Translations under genes and position numbers: made by a program
The notes under the pieces: generated by a model
Databases searched by the model: none
Told to the model about the DNA's origin: nothing
The model's input: only the letters and a program-made list of their open reading frames with translations
In this document: positions 39,714 to 48,922 of the stretch, piece after piece
Layout: each line of letters starts with the position of its first letter
How positions within the stretch are numbered: position 1 is the stretch's first letter
Assembly (NCBI GenBank): GCA_963733035.1
Contig: CAVTBU010000006.1
Span: forward strand, 480,001-544,000
DNA length: 64,000 bases
Direction of reading: 5' to 3'
DNA from: Pirellulales bacterium
GTDB lineage: Bacteria; Planctomycetota; Planctomycetia; Pirellulales; PALSA-1355

Positions 39714-39929
39714 GTGTTACTTCTTTCTCGCAAGAGCGGTCAATCCATCGTGATCAACGACGATATTGTCGTGACGATCGTGGCGGTTGATCGCAATCGC
39801 GTGCAAATCGGCATCAAAGCGCCCGGCTATGTGCCGATCTACCGGCAAGAGATCGTCGAGCGGATGGTCGAGGCCGGCGAAATCGAGCCGCTTGCCTGCC
39901 TGGACCGTCCTCACCCCGCCACCGTCTAA
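39714..39929 (+). CDS. csrA: Carbon storage regulator CsrA
   Basis: GTG start after GGAGA; MLLLSRKSGQSIVINDDIVVTIV..NRVQIGIKAP..VPIYRQEI. Confidence 0.9.
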   Translation: MLLLSRKSGQSIVINDDIVVTIVAVDRNRVQIGIKAPGYVPIYRQEIVERMVEAGEIEPLACLDRPHPATV

Positions 39930-39956
39930 TTGTCACGAGGCGACAACTCAAATTCT

Positions 39957-40347
39957 TCACGTGCCGCGCGAGCGGTGGAAATGAACGTGCTTCCATCCAG
40001 TGGTTTGCCGCTGCCAGACGCGTGTTTCTTCAAAGGCTGTCGTGATTGGCACGGCGGATTCGTTCAGAAGTTGCGTTAGTCGCACGTAACTGACAATAGC
40101 CGTCTCGCCCAGCAGGCGACACGTGGGGAGACGAGAGCGTCGTGTTGCGCGGCCCGCTGCCGGCGCCAAGGTCGAAGTAGTAGCGGTGAAAGTCCATCCC
40201 CTGGACCAGATGCCCGACCGCTTCCGGCTCGAAACACGAGAGGGTTGGGTCGCACAGTTCGCTGTAGGTTTTCCAATCGGCCTGGGCAATGCTGTCGAGC
40301 AACTGCTGCGTGAGGCGGATCAGTTCTTGTTCGGTGCTTTCGGCCAT
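39957..40347 (-). CDS. CaMKII association (hub)/DUF4440 NTF2-like protein (1-bp insertion as sequenced near 40120)
   Basis: TQQLLDSIAQADWKTY..LCDP..SCFEPEAVGHLVQGMDFHRYYF joins RLLGETAIVSYVRLTQ..EETRVW..WKHVHFHRS after removing one base. Confidence 0.85.
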
Positions 40348-40360
40348 GACGGAAGGGATC

Positions 40361-41263
40361 CTATGCGGGCAGAACCTTCAGTAGCTGGAGCTTCTCGCGG
40401 CATTCGTCCCGCTCGCGACAGCGGGCTAGATCTACCCACGTGGGGTCCTGCACGGCAAGAAAATCCTCTTCGTTGGCCTGTGCGCGACCGCTGGCGGCAA
40501 GTCGTTGCATCAGCCGCGCAATCACGTCCCGGTCGAGACGAGTCAGGAAAACGCCCTGTATGCGGTAGTCGACGAATGCTTCCCAGACCAGTGGAAACAG
40601 TGGCTGGACGATTTGCTCGCCGATCGTTGTGGCGTACTCGCGAATTTCCCATTGGGCGTGGCTGTCCATCCGTAGCGCCAGGAAGTGCAATAGATTGTGC
40701 AGGTCGACTTTCCAGTAGGCCTCTGTATAGGTTGAGAGTGGCAAGTCCTTGCGAGCTTGCTCGCGTGCCACACCCTGGGCAATCCGCTCTTCGTATAGAT
40801 CACGCGAAGCGCGCTGGAATTCGGCTTCGGCGGCCGTAAGTTTTTCGCCGTCGCTACGCTCAATCGACGCGCCGCTACCTTGCCGGTTGTTGGCCGCCTG
40901 CGTGCGCCAGCCGTCGGGGGGAGTCGTTTGCATCGCGTCGATCGCCAGCGAATAGCGAGTACTATATTCGTTTACGTTGGCCGTGCGGTGCCGAATCCAC
41001 TGTCGCCAACAGTCCATCGGCACGCGCACCAGCAGCTTGATCTCCGCCATTTCGAATGGCGTTGTATGGCGATGCCGCAAGAGGTAACGAATCAGACCGC
41101 GATCGTCGGATACCTTGCGAGTACCTTCGCCGTAGCTGACTCGGGCTGCCTGCACGACGGACTGATCGTCTCCCATGATGTCGACCAGGCAGACATAGCC
41201 GTCGTTGAGTACGGGAAACTTCTTCCAGCGAAGCTGGGAGACTTGTTCGGCGTTGGTGGCCAT
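40361..41263 (-). CDS. thyX: FAD-dependent thymidylate synthase
   Basis: AARVSY, HTTPFE, RQWIRHRTANVNEYSTRY (RHRx7S), REQAR..LP, LR...HAQWEIR. Confidence 0.95.
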   Translation of the reverse strand: MATNAEQVSQLRWKKFPVLNDGYVCLVDIMGDDQSVVQAARVSYGEGTRKVSDDRGLIRYLLRHRHTTPFEMAEIKLLVRVPMDCWRQWIRHRTANVNEYSTRYSLAIDAMQTTPPDGWRTQAANNRQGSGASIERSDGEKLTAAEAEFQRASRDLYEERIAQGVAREQARKDLPLSTYTEAYWKVDLHNLLHFLALRMDSHAQWEIREYATTIGEQIVQPLFPLVWEAFVDYRIQGVFLTRLDRDVIARLMQRLAASGRAQANEEDFLAVQDPTWVDLARCRERDECREKLQLLKVLPA

Positions 41264-41275
41264 TGGGATCCTCGC

Positions 41276-41536
41276 TTACTTCCTGGCCATCAACTCTTCG
41301 ACGAGCTTGGCGATCAGGGCCGGGTTGTCTTGCTTGACCAGGTTGTCGATGCGGTTCTGCGGAATTCTCAATTTCTCAAGTGCCCCGACAACGCTCTTCC
41401 ATTTCCGCTCGCGGCTCTTGCCCTCGGCTAGGTAAAGTTCCGTGACCAACTCGCCAAGGCGCTGCAGCGCGATGGCGTCCTTGTTCTCGTAGTAGTTCTT
41501 GATAATCTTTTCTTGGTATTTAGATCGCTCGGCCAC
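41276..41536 (-). CDS. Small conserved hypothetical protein (86 aa)
   Basis: GTG start after AGGAG; MAERSKYQEKIIKNYYENKDAIALQRLGELVTELYLAEGK; directly upstream of thyX on the same strand. Confidence 0.75.
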   Translation of the reverse strand: MAERSKYQEKIIKNYYENKDAIALQRLGELVTELYLAEGKSRERKWKSVVGALEKLRIPQNRIDNLVKQDNPALIAKLVEELMARK

Positions 41537-41714
41537 TGTATTGCTCCTAGCGGACTGCCGGGTATCGGACCTCCATTTCACGTAGGAGAATCTTCTCCAA
41601 ATCACCCCACTTTGGCAACCGTTGGACTTCGGGGTCGCCAGACGCAGTTCGGATCCGTATCGACGAGCGATTCCGCCTTTCCCCGTTTTGCACGTCGGCC
41701 TAACATACCCGGCC

Positions 41715-43382
41715 ATGAACCGCGATTCCGCTCGACAAATCGTGCATGGCTTTCGGACGACCAGTCTCGGGACGCTGGCCAGCCGCCTGTTGGGGCTGGT
41801 ACGCGACATTGTCACGGCCTCGCTTTTGGGCCTTGGGGAGGGCGGGGTAATGGACGCCCTGGTCGTGGCACTGCGGCTGCCGAATTTCTCGCGACGAGTT
41901 TTCGGTGAAGGCGCGCTGGCGGCCAGCCTGTTGCCTGCGTTCACGGCCGAACATGAGCGGTCGCCCGGAAACGCCTGGCGGCTACTGAGCGTGGTGCTTG
42001 CCTTGCTGACCGTCGTGCTGGCGGCGGTCGTAATTGTGGGCGAGGTCATCTGCCTCGCTTGGTGGCGGATGGCCGGCAATGGGGACACCTATTCACCGCT
42101 GATTGGTCTGACGGCCGTGTTGCTGCCTTATATGATCTTTATTTGCATCGCGGCCCAGCTTGCCATATCGCTTCAGGGACTGATTCAGTTCCGCTGGCCT
42201 GCCGTAGCGCCCGCGTTGCTCAACCTTTCTTGGCTGGCGGCGGCCTGGCTAATCGCTCCCCACTGGGCGGGCGATCAGATAGCTCAGGCTTACGTGTTGG
42301 CGACTGCGGTATTGCTTTCCGGCGTTCTGCAAATGGCGGTGCTCCTCGTCCCACTCTATCTCACTGGCTTTCGTTTTGAGTTTGATTGGCACGCCACGGC
42401 GCCGGCGGTCCGGCAAGTCTTGCGAGCCATGCCGCCGATCGCCTTCGGGCTGGCCGTGACGCAAATGAATACCCTGATCGACAGTCTATTGGCCGTAGCG
42501 CTGGCGGCACCGGGCGGTTCGCGGACAATCGCGTGGCTGGGTGACATGGTTGACTACCCGTTCGAAACGGGTGCTGCCGCGGCCATCTATTACGGCGAGC
42601 GTTTTTATCAGTTGCCGGTCGGCGTGTTGGGAGTAGCCATTGCCACAGTGATTTATCCGGCACTTGCAAGACACGCGGCACGAGGAGACCGGCGCCAGAT
42701 AGGAGATGACCTGACCGTGGGCCTGCGGCTCGTCTGGTTCACGGCACTGCCGGCCGGCGTGGGCCTGATCCTAATCGCGGAACCAATCATGCGGCTGTTG
42801 TTCGTTCGCGGAGCGTTTACCGAACAGGACGCCCATCGCTCGGCGATGATGATCGCCTGCTATGCGAGTGCGGCCTGGGCATATTGCGCCTTGCCAGTAT
42901 TGGTTCGAGGCTTCTATGCCCTGGGAAAACACTCGACCACGGTTCGCGTGGGGATGCTCGCTGTGGGGATCGACTTGGTCGTCACGCTGGTTTTGATTTG
43001 GCCGCTGGCCGAACGTGGACTGGCCCTCTCGACGGCGCTGGCGGCCAGTATTCAGGTTGTGCTGCTTTTGGTGCTCTTTTCGCGGGCCGGCAGCCCGCTG
43101 GCCTGGAGAGACTTGAATTCAACGCTGATACGAGGAGCCCTTGCAACCGTCGCGATGGCTTTGGCGGTCGGCTTTTGGCAGCGCTCCTCGCCAATGTTGG
43201 CAACTTCGACGTTTGCACAAAGCGTGAATCTGGTCGTTGCCCTTTTTCTGGGGATTAGCGTTTACCTTGCCGTCGCGTGGCTGTTGGGCATGCAGGAACT
43301 GTCGTTGTTTTGGGAGCCAAAACGGCAGGCGACTGTCCGGACAAGTCGCGCGCCGATCGCGAAAACGCAGCGAACCGCGTGA
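41715..43382 (+). CDS. murJ: Lipid II flippase MurJ (MviN)
   Basis: SRLLGLVRD, ALRLPNFSRRVFGEGAL, RFYQLPVGVLGVAIATVIYP, RGAF; ~14 TM segments. Confidence 0.93.
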   Translation: MNRDSARQIVHGFRTTSLGTLASRLLGLVRDIVTASLLGLGEGGVMDALVVALRLPNFSRRVFGEGALAASLLPAFTAEHERSPGNAWRLLSVVLALLTVVLAAVVIVGEVICLAWWRMAGNGDTYSPLIGLTAVLLPYMIFICIAAQLAISLQGLIQFRWPAVAPALLNLSWLAAAWLIAPHWAGDQIAQAYVLATAVLLSGVLQMAVLLVPLYLTGFRFEFDWHATAPAVRQVLRAMPPIAFGLAVTQMNTLIDSLLAVALAAPGGSRTIAWLGDMVDYPFETGAAAAIYYGERFYQLPVGVLGVAIATVIYPALARHAARGDRRQIGDDLTVGLRLVWFTALPAGVGLILIAEPIMRLLFVRGAFTEQDAHRSAMMIACYASAAWAYCALPVLVRGFYALGKHSTTVRVGMLAVGIDLVVTLVLIWPLAERGLALSTALAASIQVVLLLVLFSRAGSPLAWRDLNSTLIRGALATVAMALAVGFWQRSSPMLATSTFAQSVNLVVALFLGISVYLAVAWLLGMQELSLFWEPKRQATVRTSRAPIAKTQRTA

Positions 43383-43398
43383 CGAAGGCATCCGCTGG

Positions 43399-44898
43399 TC
43401 AGGCAATGATCTCGCGGATCGGCTGCCCATAGTCCATGTCGAGCCGCTTCCGGCCCGGCACTTCCAAGCGTCGCGGATCGATGCCCAATTGCTCCAGCAC
43501 GGTGGCATGGATGTCGGTGACGTAGTGTCGGCTTTCGATCGCATGGAAGCCGAGGGCGTCGGTGGCCCCGTGTGCGATGCCCCCCTTGAGTCCACCGCCG
43601 GCCATCACGACCGAAAAACCAAACGGGTGATGATCGCGGCCGTCGGTTCCCTGGGTTCCTGGAGTACGGCCAAATTCGGTGCCGATGACGATCATCGTTT
43701 CGTCCAGCAGACCGCGCTGCTTGAGGTCCTTAAGCAGTGCCGCGATCGGCTGGTCGATCTGCCCACAGAGCTTTGAATGGCCATTCTTCAAATTGCCATG
43801 GGCGTCCCAGGCGCCAGCGCCGCCGTTGGAACCATGGAATATCTGCACAAATCGGACACCTTGTTCGACGAGTCGGCGGGCGACGAGGCACTGCCGGCCA
43901 AACGTTTCGGTGGTCTTCTGATCCAGACCATAAAGTTGTTGGGTAGCCGCGGTTTCCGTGGCACAATTGACCACGTCCGGCACGGCCGCTTGCATATGGA
44001 ACGCGAGTTCATAGGATTTGATGCGAGCCCGGATTGCGGCATCTTCCGGATACTCGACTGACGCGAGCCTATTCAGTTTGTTGAGCAGGGCGAACTCGGC
44101 CTGCTGTTCCTCTTGGTAGACGTCAGTTCCCGGGGAAGCGAATGGCAGCGGATTTTTGGGATCCACGCCCAATTGCACGCCGCTATGCTCAGGTCCCAGG
44201 TAGTTGGCGCCATGCGCGCCAATTCCGCCGCAGCAATCGGCGATCGGCGTACCCAGCACGACGAAGCTTGGCAGGTTGTCATTGATCGAACCGAGTCCGT
44301 AGTGCACCCAGGAACCGATCGTGGGATATTGGCCTTCAAGCACGTGCCGGCCGGTATGAAACTGAAGTTGTGCGCCGTGGTTATTGTCGGTTGTCCAGAC
44401 AGAGCGCACCACGGCCAAGTCGTCGGCGCAATCGCCCACATGGGGAAACCAATCGCTGATCTCCAGGCCGCTCTGTCCGCGCGGCTTGTACCCGACCTGC
44501 AACGGGTACAACTTATGGCGGATGTGGCCGTTGGCATCGTTCGGCACCACGACCCGCAGGTTTTCCGAGACGAAACTTGCCGTGAGCACATCCTTGTGAG
44601 GCGTTTGGCCAATCTCCTGACCGGCAAACTCATTGAGCGCCGGCTTGGGGTCGAAGCTTTCCATGTGGCTCATGCCGCCGACCAGAAAGATCCAGATCAC
44701 GCTCTTGGCTTTGGGTCGAAAATGCGGCTGCCCGGTGGGGGGCGACCAAGCGGCTGCTTCGTTCGCCCGCACGATACCGTCACGCATTAACAGTTCGCCC
44801 AGGGCGAGGCCGGTGAAACCCATGCCGACGTCGGCCAGAAAGGCACGGCGTGGCATCATGCGAAACGAACGGCTGGAGCGATTTGAGGGAGTGTTCAT
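43399..44898 (-). CDS. DUF1501 domain-containing protein (Tat signal)
   Basis: PRRAFL Tat motif, PKAKSVIWIFLVGGMSHMESFDPKP, ARRLVEQGVRFVQ, EFGRTP, GRDHH. Confidence 0.93.
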   Translation of the reverse strand: MNTPSNRSSRSFRMMPRRAFLADVGMGFTGLALGELLMRDGIVRANEAAAWSPPTGQPHFRPKAKSVIWIFLVGGMSHMESFDPKPALNEFAGQEIGQTPHKDVLTASFVSENLRVVVPNDANGHIRHKLYPLQVGYKPRGQSGLEISDWFPHVGDCADDLAVVRSVWTTDNNHGAQLQFHTGRHVLEGQYPTIGSWVHYGLGSINDNLPSFVVLGTPIADCCGGIGAHGANYLGPEHSGVQLGVDPKNPLPFASPGTDVYQEEQQAEFALLNKLNRLASVEYPEDAAIRARIKSYELAFHMQAAVPDVVNCATETAATQQLYGLDQKTTETFGRQCLVARRLVEQGVRFVQIFHGSNGGAGAWDAHGNLKNGHSKLCGQIDQPIAALLKDLKQRGLLDETMIVIGTEFGRTPGTQGTDGRDHHPFGFSVVMAGGGLKGGIAHGATDALGFHAIESRHYVTDIHATVLEQLGIDPRRLEVPGRKRLDMDYGQPIREIIA

Positions 44899-44902
44899 GA
44901 TG

Positions 44903-47719
44903 CTACCGCACGGTCAAAAAGTCGTTGTGATTGAGTAGCACATGGACCAGATTCTCGCGAGCGCGTTGCTGCGGATTGGCTGCTGGCTCCACCGCATTTG
45001 CGTCACCCGCCGTGAACGCCGCGAGCTCGTTTGACTGCGCCAGTCGCGCCGCCTGTTCGGTGAGGAACTCAAGACAAGTGCTGGTTTCCTCGTCCGTGGC
45101 CGGCCGACAAAGGATTCGTTCGAAGGCAGCCGCAATGAATTTCCGGTCACTTTCCGAAGCCGGTTGCGCATCTAGCTCGGCTGTCATGTTTCCGGCCAGC
45201 TTCCGCGCCTGGGCGAGCGAGAGGGAGCTATTGACCATCGCCAACGCCTGCTGTGGGACCACTGTCTCGCTGCGTCGGTAGCAATCGGTTACGTTCGCTC
45301 GGTCGAAGGTATCGAGGAACGTCATCTTCTTTTCCTTACTGCTGCGGAAATACAGGCTGCGGCGAGGCACGCTCATGCCGCTTTCCTGATCGAGTTCGGG
45401 GCCACCCATTCTGACGTCGAGCGCATTCGCCACGTACAGCGTGCTGTCGCGAATGACCTCGGCCTCCATGCGTCGAGGATTGGCGCGCCATAGGTAGCGG
45501 TTTTCCGGGTCGCGTGCCAAATTCGATGCATCGGTGGCACCCGACCGCATCTGGTAGGTGCGACTCATCACAATCAGTCGATGAATGGCCTTCATCTGCC
45601 AATCTTGTTCCATCAATTCGACGGCCAGCCAATCGAGTAATTTCGGATGCGTGGGTTCGACCCCGTGCAGGCCGAAATCAAACACACTGGCGACCAGTGG
45701 CGTGCCGAAATGCCGCATCCAGATCTGATTGATGGCCACCCGGGCCGTGAGCGGATTGTCCTTCGAGGCGATCCAGCGGGCTAGCGCCGCGCGCCGACCA
45801 GTGCTTGCGTCGGGATAGACGTCACCGAAGTGGGCATAGTCGCTGTCGCTCTTGGCGAGCGCACCCTGATGTTCTTCTCGAACCTTTTTTGCCGTTTCGA
45901 GCTTCTTCTTCGCGGCTGCCACGCGTTGCTCGGACTTTTCGTCGGATGGTGCGGCAGTCTGCGCGTCGGACAATTCCATCTCGGCCCGCAGCAAGTCGAG
46001 CTGCGACTGCTGGGCATTGGCCACGCGCTCGGCACGGGCGGCCTCGCGGGCAAGCAGGGGGGCGTCCTCTCGCGGTGGCGAAGCAAAAGCGGCCTTGTCA
46101 GCTGCGATCGTCGCCCGCACCGAAACGAGCCGTCCGGCGGCAGCCAGGACTTCAGACTCGGCCAACGACACCGCGCGTTGGGCCGTGGCCACTTCTCCCT
46201 TCAGGCGTTCAGGATTCGCCGTGGAATCGGTCTCGCCGTTTTCCTTGGCAGGTTCCATCGGAGCGTCGGCACCGTTACCTGCCGGTGGATCGGTCGATTT
46301 CGAAGTCTCCTTGGCGGCAAGAAGCTCGGCATGCCTCTTTCGCAATTCAGCCAGCGCTGCATTGGCATGTCCAATTGATTTTTCTGCCCGGTCAACGTCA
46401 GATATGGCCTTGGCGAGCATTTCCTGTTGCACAAAGCTCCGCAAGCCCGGGTAGTAAGTCTCGGCCGGCAGCGCGACGGACACGATCCGCAATTCGTCGC
46501 CACCCAGTGCCTTTGGTACACCCGGGGAAAGCGGGTTGTCCTTATCCGGGTTGCCTTCGTTGCCGCGCATGAACAAGTATGTGGGCGCGTCGGCGTTTGC
46601 ATCATACGCGTGTACCAGACCATCCTGCTTGGTGTTGCTGACTCCCGGCACTCGATCGGTGCGTACCTGATGGGGTTCGAAGAACGCGCGAAAGCGATAG
46701 TAGTCCGTCTGCAAGATCGGGTCGTACATGTGGTCGTGGCAGCGAGCACAGTTCATGGTCACACCCAAAAACGCCTTGGAAGTATGTTCCACTGTGTTGT
46801 CGAGCCAGACGTTTCGGTTGAACTTGTACCAATTGCGGACCAGAAAACCGGTAGCCCTCCGCGCGTCCTCATCCAGCGGGGCGATTTCGTCGGCTGCCAG
46901 CATTTCCTCGACCATCTGGTCATAGGGCTTGTCGGCGTTCAGCGATTCGACAATCCAGTCGCGCCACCGCCAAATGTGCGGCTGGCTCTCACGAACTTCG
47001 GCCTGGTATCCGTCCCAATCGCTGTAGCGCCAAACATCCATCCAGTGACGTCCCCAACGCTCGCCGTAACGTGGGCTGGCAAGAAGTCGGTCGACGACTT
47101 TTTCGTAGGCATCATTCGACGTGTCGGCCAGGAACGCTCGCAGTTCTTCCGGCGTGGGTGGCAAACCAATCAAATCAACGTACACCCGGCGCAACAACAG
47201 ATTCCTGTCGGCGGGCGGCGCCGGCCGGAGTTGTTCGCGTTCATGCGATGCAGATACGAAGCGGTCAATTGGGTTCGACGCCCAATCGGCATTCTTCACT
47301 TCCGGCAATGGGGGCCGCGCGGGCTTCTGAAACGACCAATGTGCGACCGGATCCTCGGGTAGCGGCTCATCCGGTGCTGCCGCGCCAGCGTCGACCCAGG
47401 CTTTGATCGTGGCGATTTGCTCGGCGGACAGCGGCTTGGCATCCAGCGGCATTTGCTCGATATCGCCCGAGCCAGCGATCGCTTGGATCAGCGGGCTTTC
47501 GCTGCTGTCGCCGGTCAGGGCCGGCCCGCGAAAGCCGCCAGACCGCAGGAAAGTGATATGGTCAACCCGTAGATCCGACTTCTGCCGTAGAGCGCCATGG
47601 CAGCTATAACAATGCTTCTCCAAAATCGGCTTTACGTCGCGGTTGTAGTCGACTTCGACCGCACACAGCGCGGGTGAAGCGCTGAAAGCAAACAGCAGTA
47701 GGACGCCGGCATGTCGCAT
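44903..47719 (-). CDS. PSD1 / planctomycete cytochrome c domain protein (DUF1549/DUF1553)
   Basis: Heme-type motifs CYSCH and CARCH; HWSF, NPIDRF, YGERWGRHWMD, PTHPKLLDWLA, RRMEAE, PQQAL. Confidence 0.93.
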   Translation of the reverse strand: MRHAGVLLLFAFSASPALCAVEVDYNRDVKPILEKHCYSCHGALRQKSDLRVDHITFLRSGGFRGPALTGDSSESPLIQAIAGSGDIEQMPLDAKPLSAEQIATIKAWVDAGAAAPDEPLPEDPVAHWSFQKPARPPLPEVKNADWASNPIDRFVSASHEREQLRPAPPADRNLLLRRVYVDLIGLPPTPEELRAFLADTSNDAYEKVVDRLLASPRYGERWGRHWMDVWRYSDWDGYQAEVRESQPHIWRWRDWIVESLNADKPYDQMVEEMLAADEIAPLDEDARRATGFLVRNWYKFNRNVWLDNTVEHTSKAFLGVTMNCARCHDHMYDPILQTDYYRFRAFFEPHQVRTDRVPGVSNTKQDGLVHAYDANADAPTYLFMRGNEGNPDKDNPLSPGVPKALGGDELRIVSVALPAETYYPGLRSFVQQEMLAKAISDVDRAEKSIGHANAALAELRKRHAELLAAKETSKSTDPPAGNGADAPMEPAKENGETDSTANPERLKGEVATAQRAVSLAESEVLAAAGRLVSVRATIAADKAAFASPPREDAPLLAREAARAERVANAQQSQLDLLRAEMELSDAQTAAPSDEKSEQRVAAAKKKLETAKKVREEHQGALAKSDSDYAHFGDVYPDASTGRRAALARWIASKDNPLTARVAINQIWMRHFGTPLVASVFDFGLHGVEPTHPKLLDWLAVELMEQDWQMKAIHRLIVMSRTYQMRSGATDASNLARDPENRYLWRANPRRMEAEVIRDSTLYVANALDVRMGGPELDQESGMSVPRRSLYFRSSKEKKMTFLDTFDRANVTDCYRRSETVVPQQALAMVNSSLSLAQARKLAGNMTAELDAQPASESDRKFIAAAFERILCRPATDEETSTCLEFLTEQAARLAQSNELAAFTAGDANAVEPAANPQQRARENLVHVLLNHNDFLTVR

Positions 47720-47899
47720 GGTTCGGAGGGCCCTCCAGCGCGCGGGGCCAGGCGGGATTCGGCCCCCGGTCGCAGGTCATTTCCAACGGCGTTTATGATA
47801 CTGCGCGTTTCTGACAGGGGCAACCAGCGGAAGTGGGCCACGGCTGCTCAGCGGCCGTTTCACAGTAGTGCTCAGCCGGGCTTGGCCGACTTTGCCGCA

Positions 47900-48796
47900 T
47901 CACTCGTCCTCGTACCGCGACAACCAATCGAGATAACCACGTGCATAGGCGTCCAATTTCTCTGACGCGCCGCCCCCGCGAATTGGCGAACACATTTCGT
48001 AATTGGCGAGGCCGTCGAACCCACCCTCGCGCAGTCCGGCGAAGAACGCTTCGTAGTCGATAAATCCCTGACCAAACGGTACGGCCCGCACGAGGTCGGG
48101 CGAGTTTCGCTCGTAGTTGACCAGCTCCGGACGATAGCGAAAACGAGCGATACGAACGTAGTCGGCGTTGGTGGTCATCACCGTGTAGGGGGCCATTCGG
48201 CGAGCGGCGTCGAACAGCGGCTCGCCTCGTAACGCGGGCGACCAAGCGTCGAATCCTAGTTTAACGTTCGGGCGGTCAACATCTTCAAGCAACTCCAGCA
48301 GCGCCGCGCTTTCGACGCCTACGTCATGATGATTTTGTACGGCCAGCGTGATACCGTGGTCATTTGCCACATCGGCACACTCGCGCAAGCATGCCACCAC
48401 TTGATTCCAAGCAGAGGCTGGATTGGAATCTTGCGATTCGTATGCCGTGAAAATTCGCACGAGTTTCGCCTCTAGTGTCGATGCCAATCGACAGAGCGAA
48501 GTTACGTACTGTAGTTGCATTTCCACGAACGGAACTTCGGCCGCGCACTGCGCCGAGAAGTCTGTATATCCGGCAATCGCGGCGCAGCGCACCTGGTGCC
48601 GCTCAAGCGCCTCGCGTACCGCGTTCAAGGTTTGCTCGCCGGAGTCCAATGGCGACAAATGAGGCCGCTTGCCCATGAGCATCACGGTTCGATAGCCGAG
48701 TGTTGCGGCGCGAGCGATGAAATCCGGCAGGTCAAGCCGTTGTTGACCCCATAAGCCGGCATAGCTAACGGAAAACAAGCTGGATTCAAGGGCCAT
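47900..48796 (-). CDS. Sugar phosphate isomerase/epimerase family protein
   Basis: TIM-barrel AP_endonuc_2-like pattern (LVRIFT, LAVQNHHD, GFDAW, G.IDY..F...L...GFDG...YE). Confidence 0.8.
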   Translation of the reverse strand: MALESSLFSVSYAGLWGQQRLDLPDFIARAATLGYRTVMLMGKRPHLSPLDSGEQTLNAVREALERHQVRCAAIAGYTDFSAQCAAEVPFVEMQLQYVTSLCRLASTLEAKLVRIFTAYESQDSNPASAWNQVVACLRECADVANDHGITLAVQNHHDVGVESAALLELLEDVDRPNVKLGFDAWSPALRGEPLFDAARRMAPYTVMTTNADYVRIARFRYRPELVNYERNSPDLVRAVPFGQGFIDYEAFFAGLREGGFDGLANYEMCSPIRGGGASEKLDAYARGYLDWLSRYEDE

Positions 48797-48922
48797 AACC
48801 GTCGCCTCGCAAGTCACACAGGGGTCGGCGTTGCCGCTGGGCGGCTATTATAGTGGGACGCCGCACGCGCGGCGTAGGCTTTTCCGTGAAATGCCGGCAA
48901 CTCTGAAACTGAGGCCATAAAG

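Noticed and set aside
36390..40125. Programmed ribosomal frameshifting in epmB, the PQQ-like gene or the CaMKII-hub gene
   Set aside because: No slippery heptamers or stimulatory structures; most indels sit in short homopolymers, which fits sequencing error better.
41537..42088. N-terminal extension of ORF 41276..42088
   Set aside because: It overlaps murJ on the opposite strand; a GTG with an AGGAG RBS at 41536 defines the real small gene.
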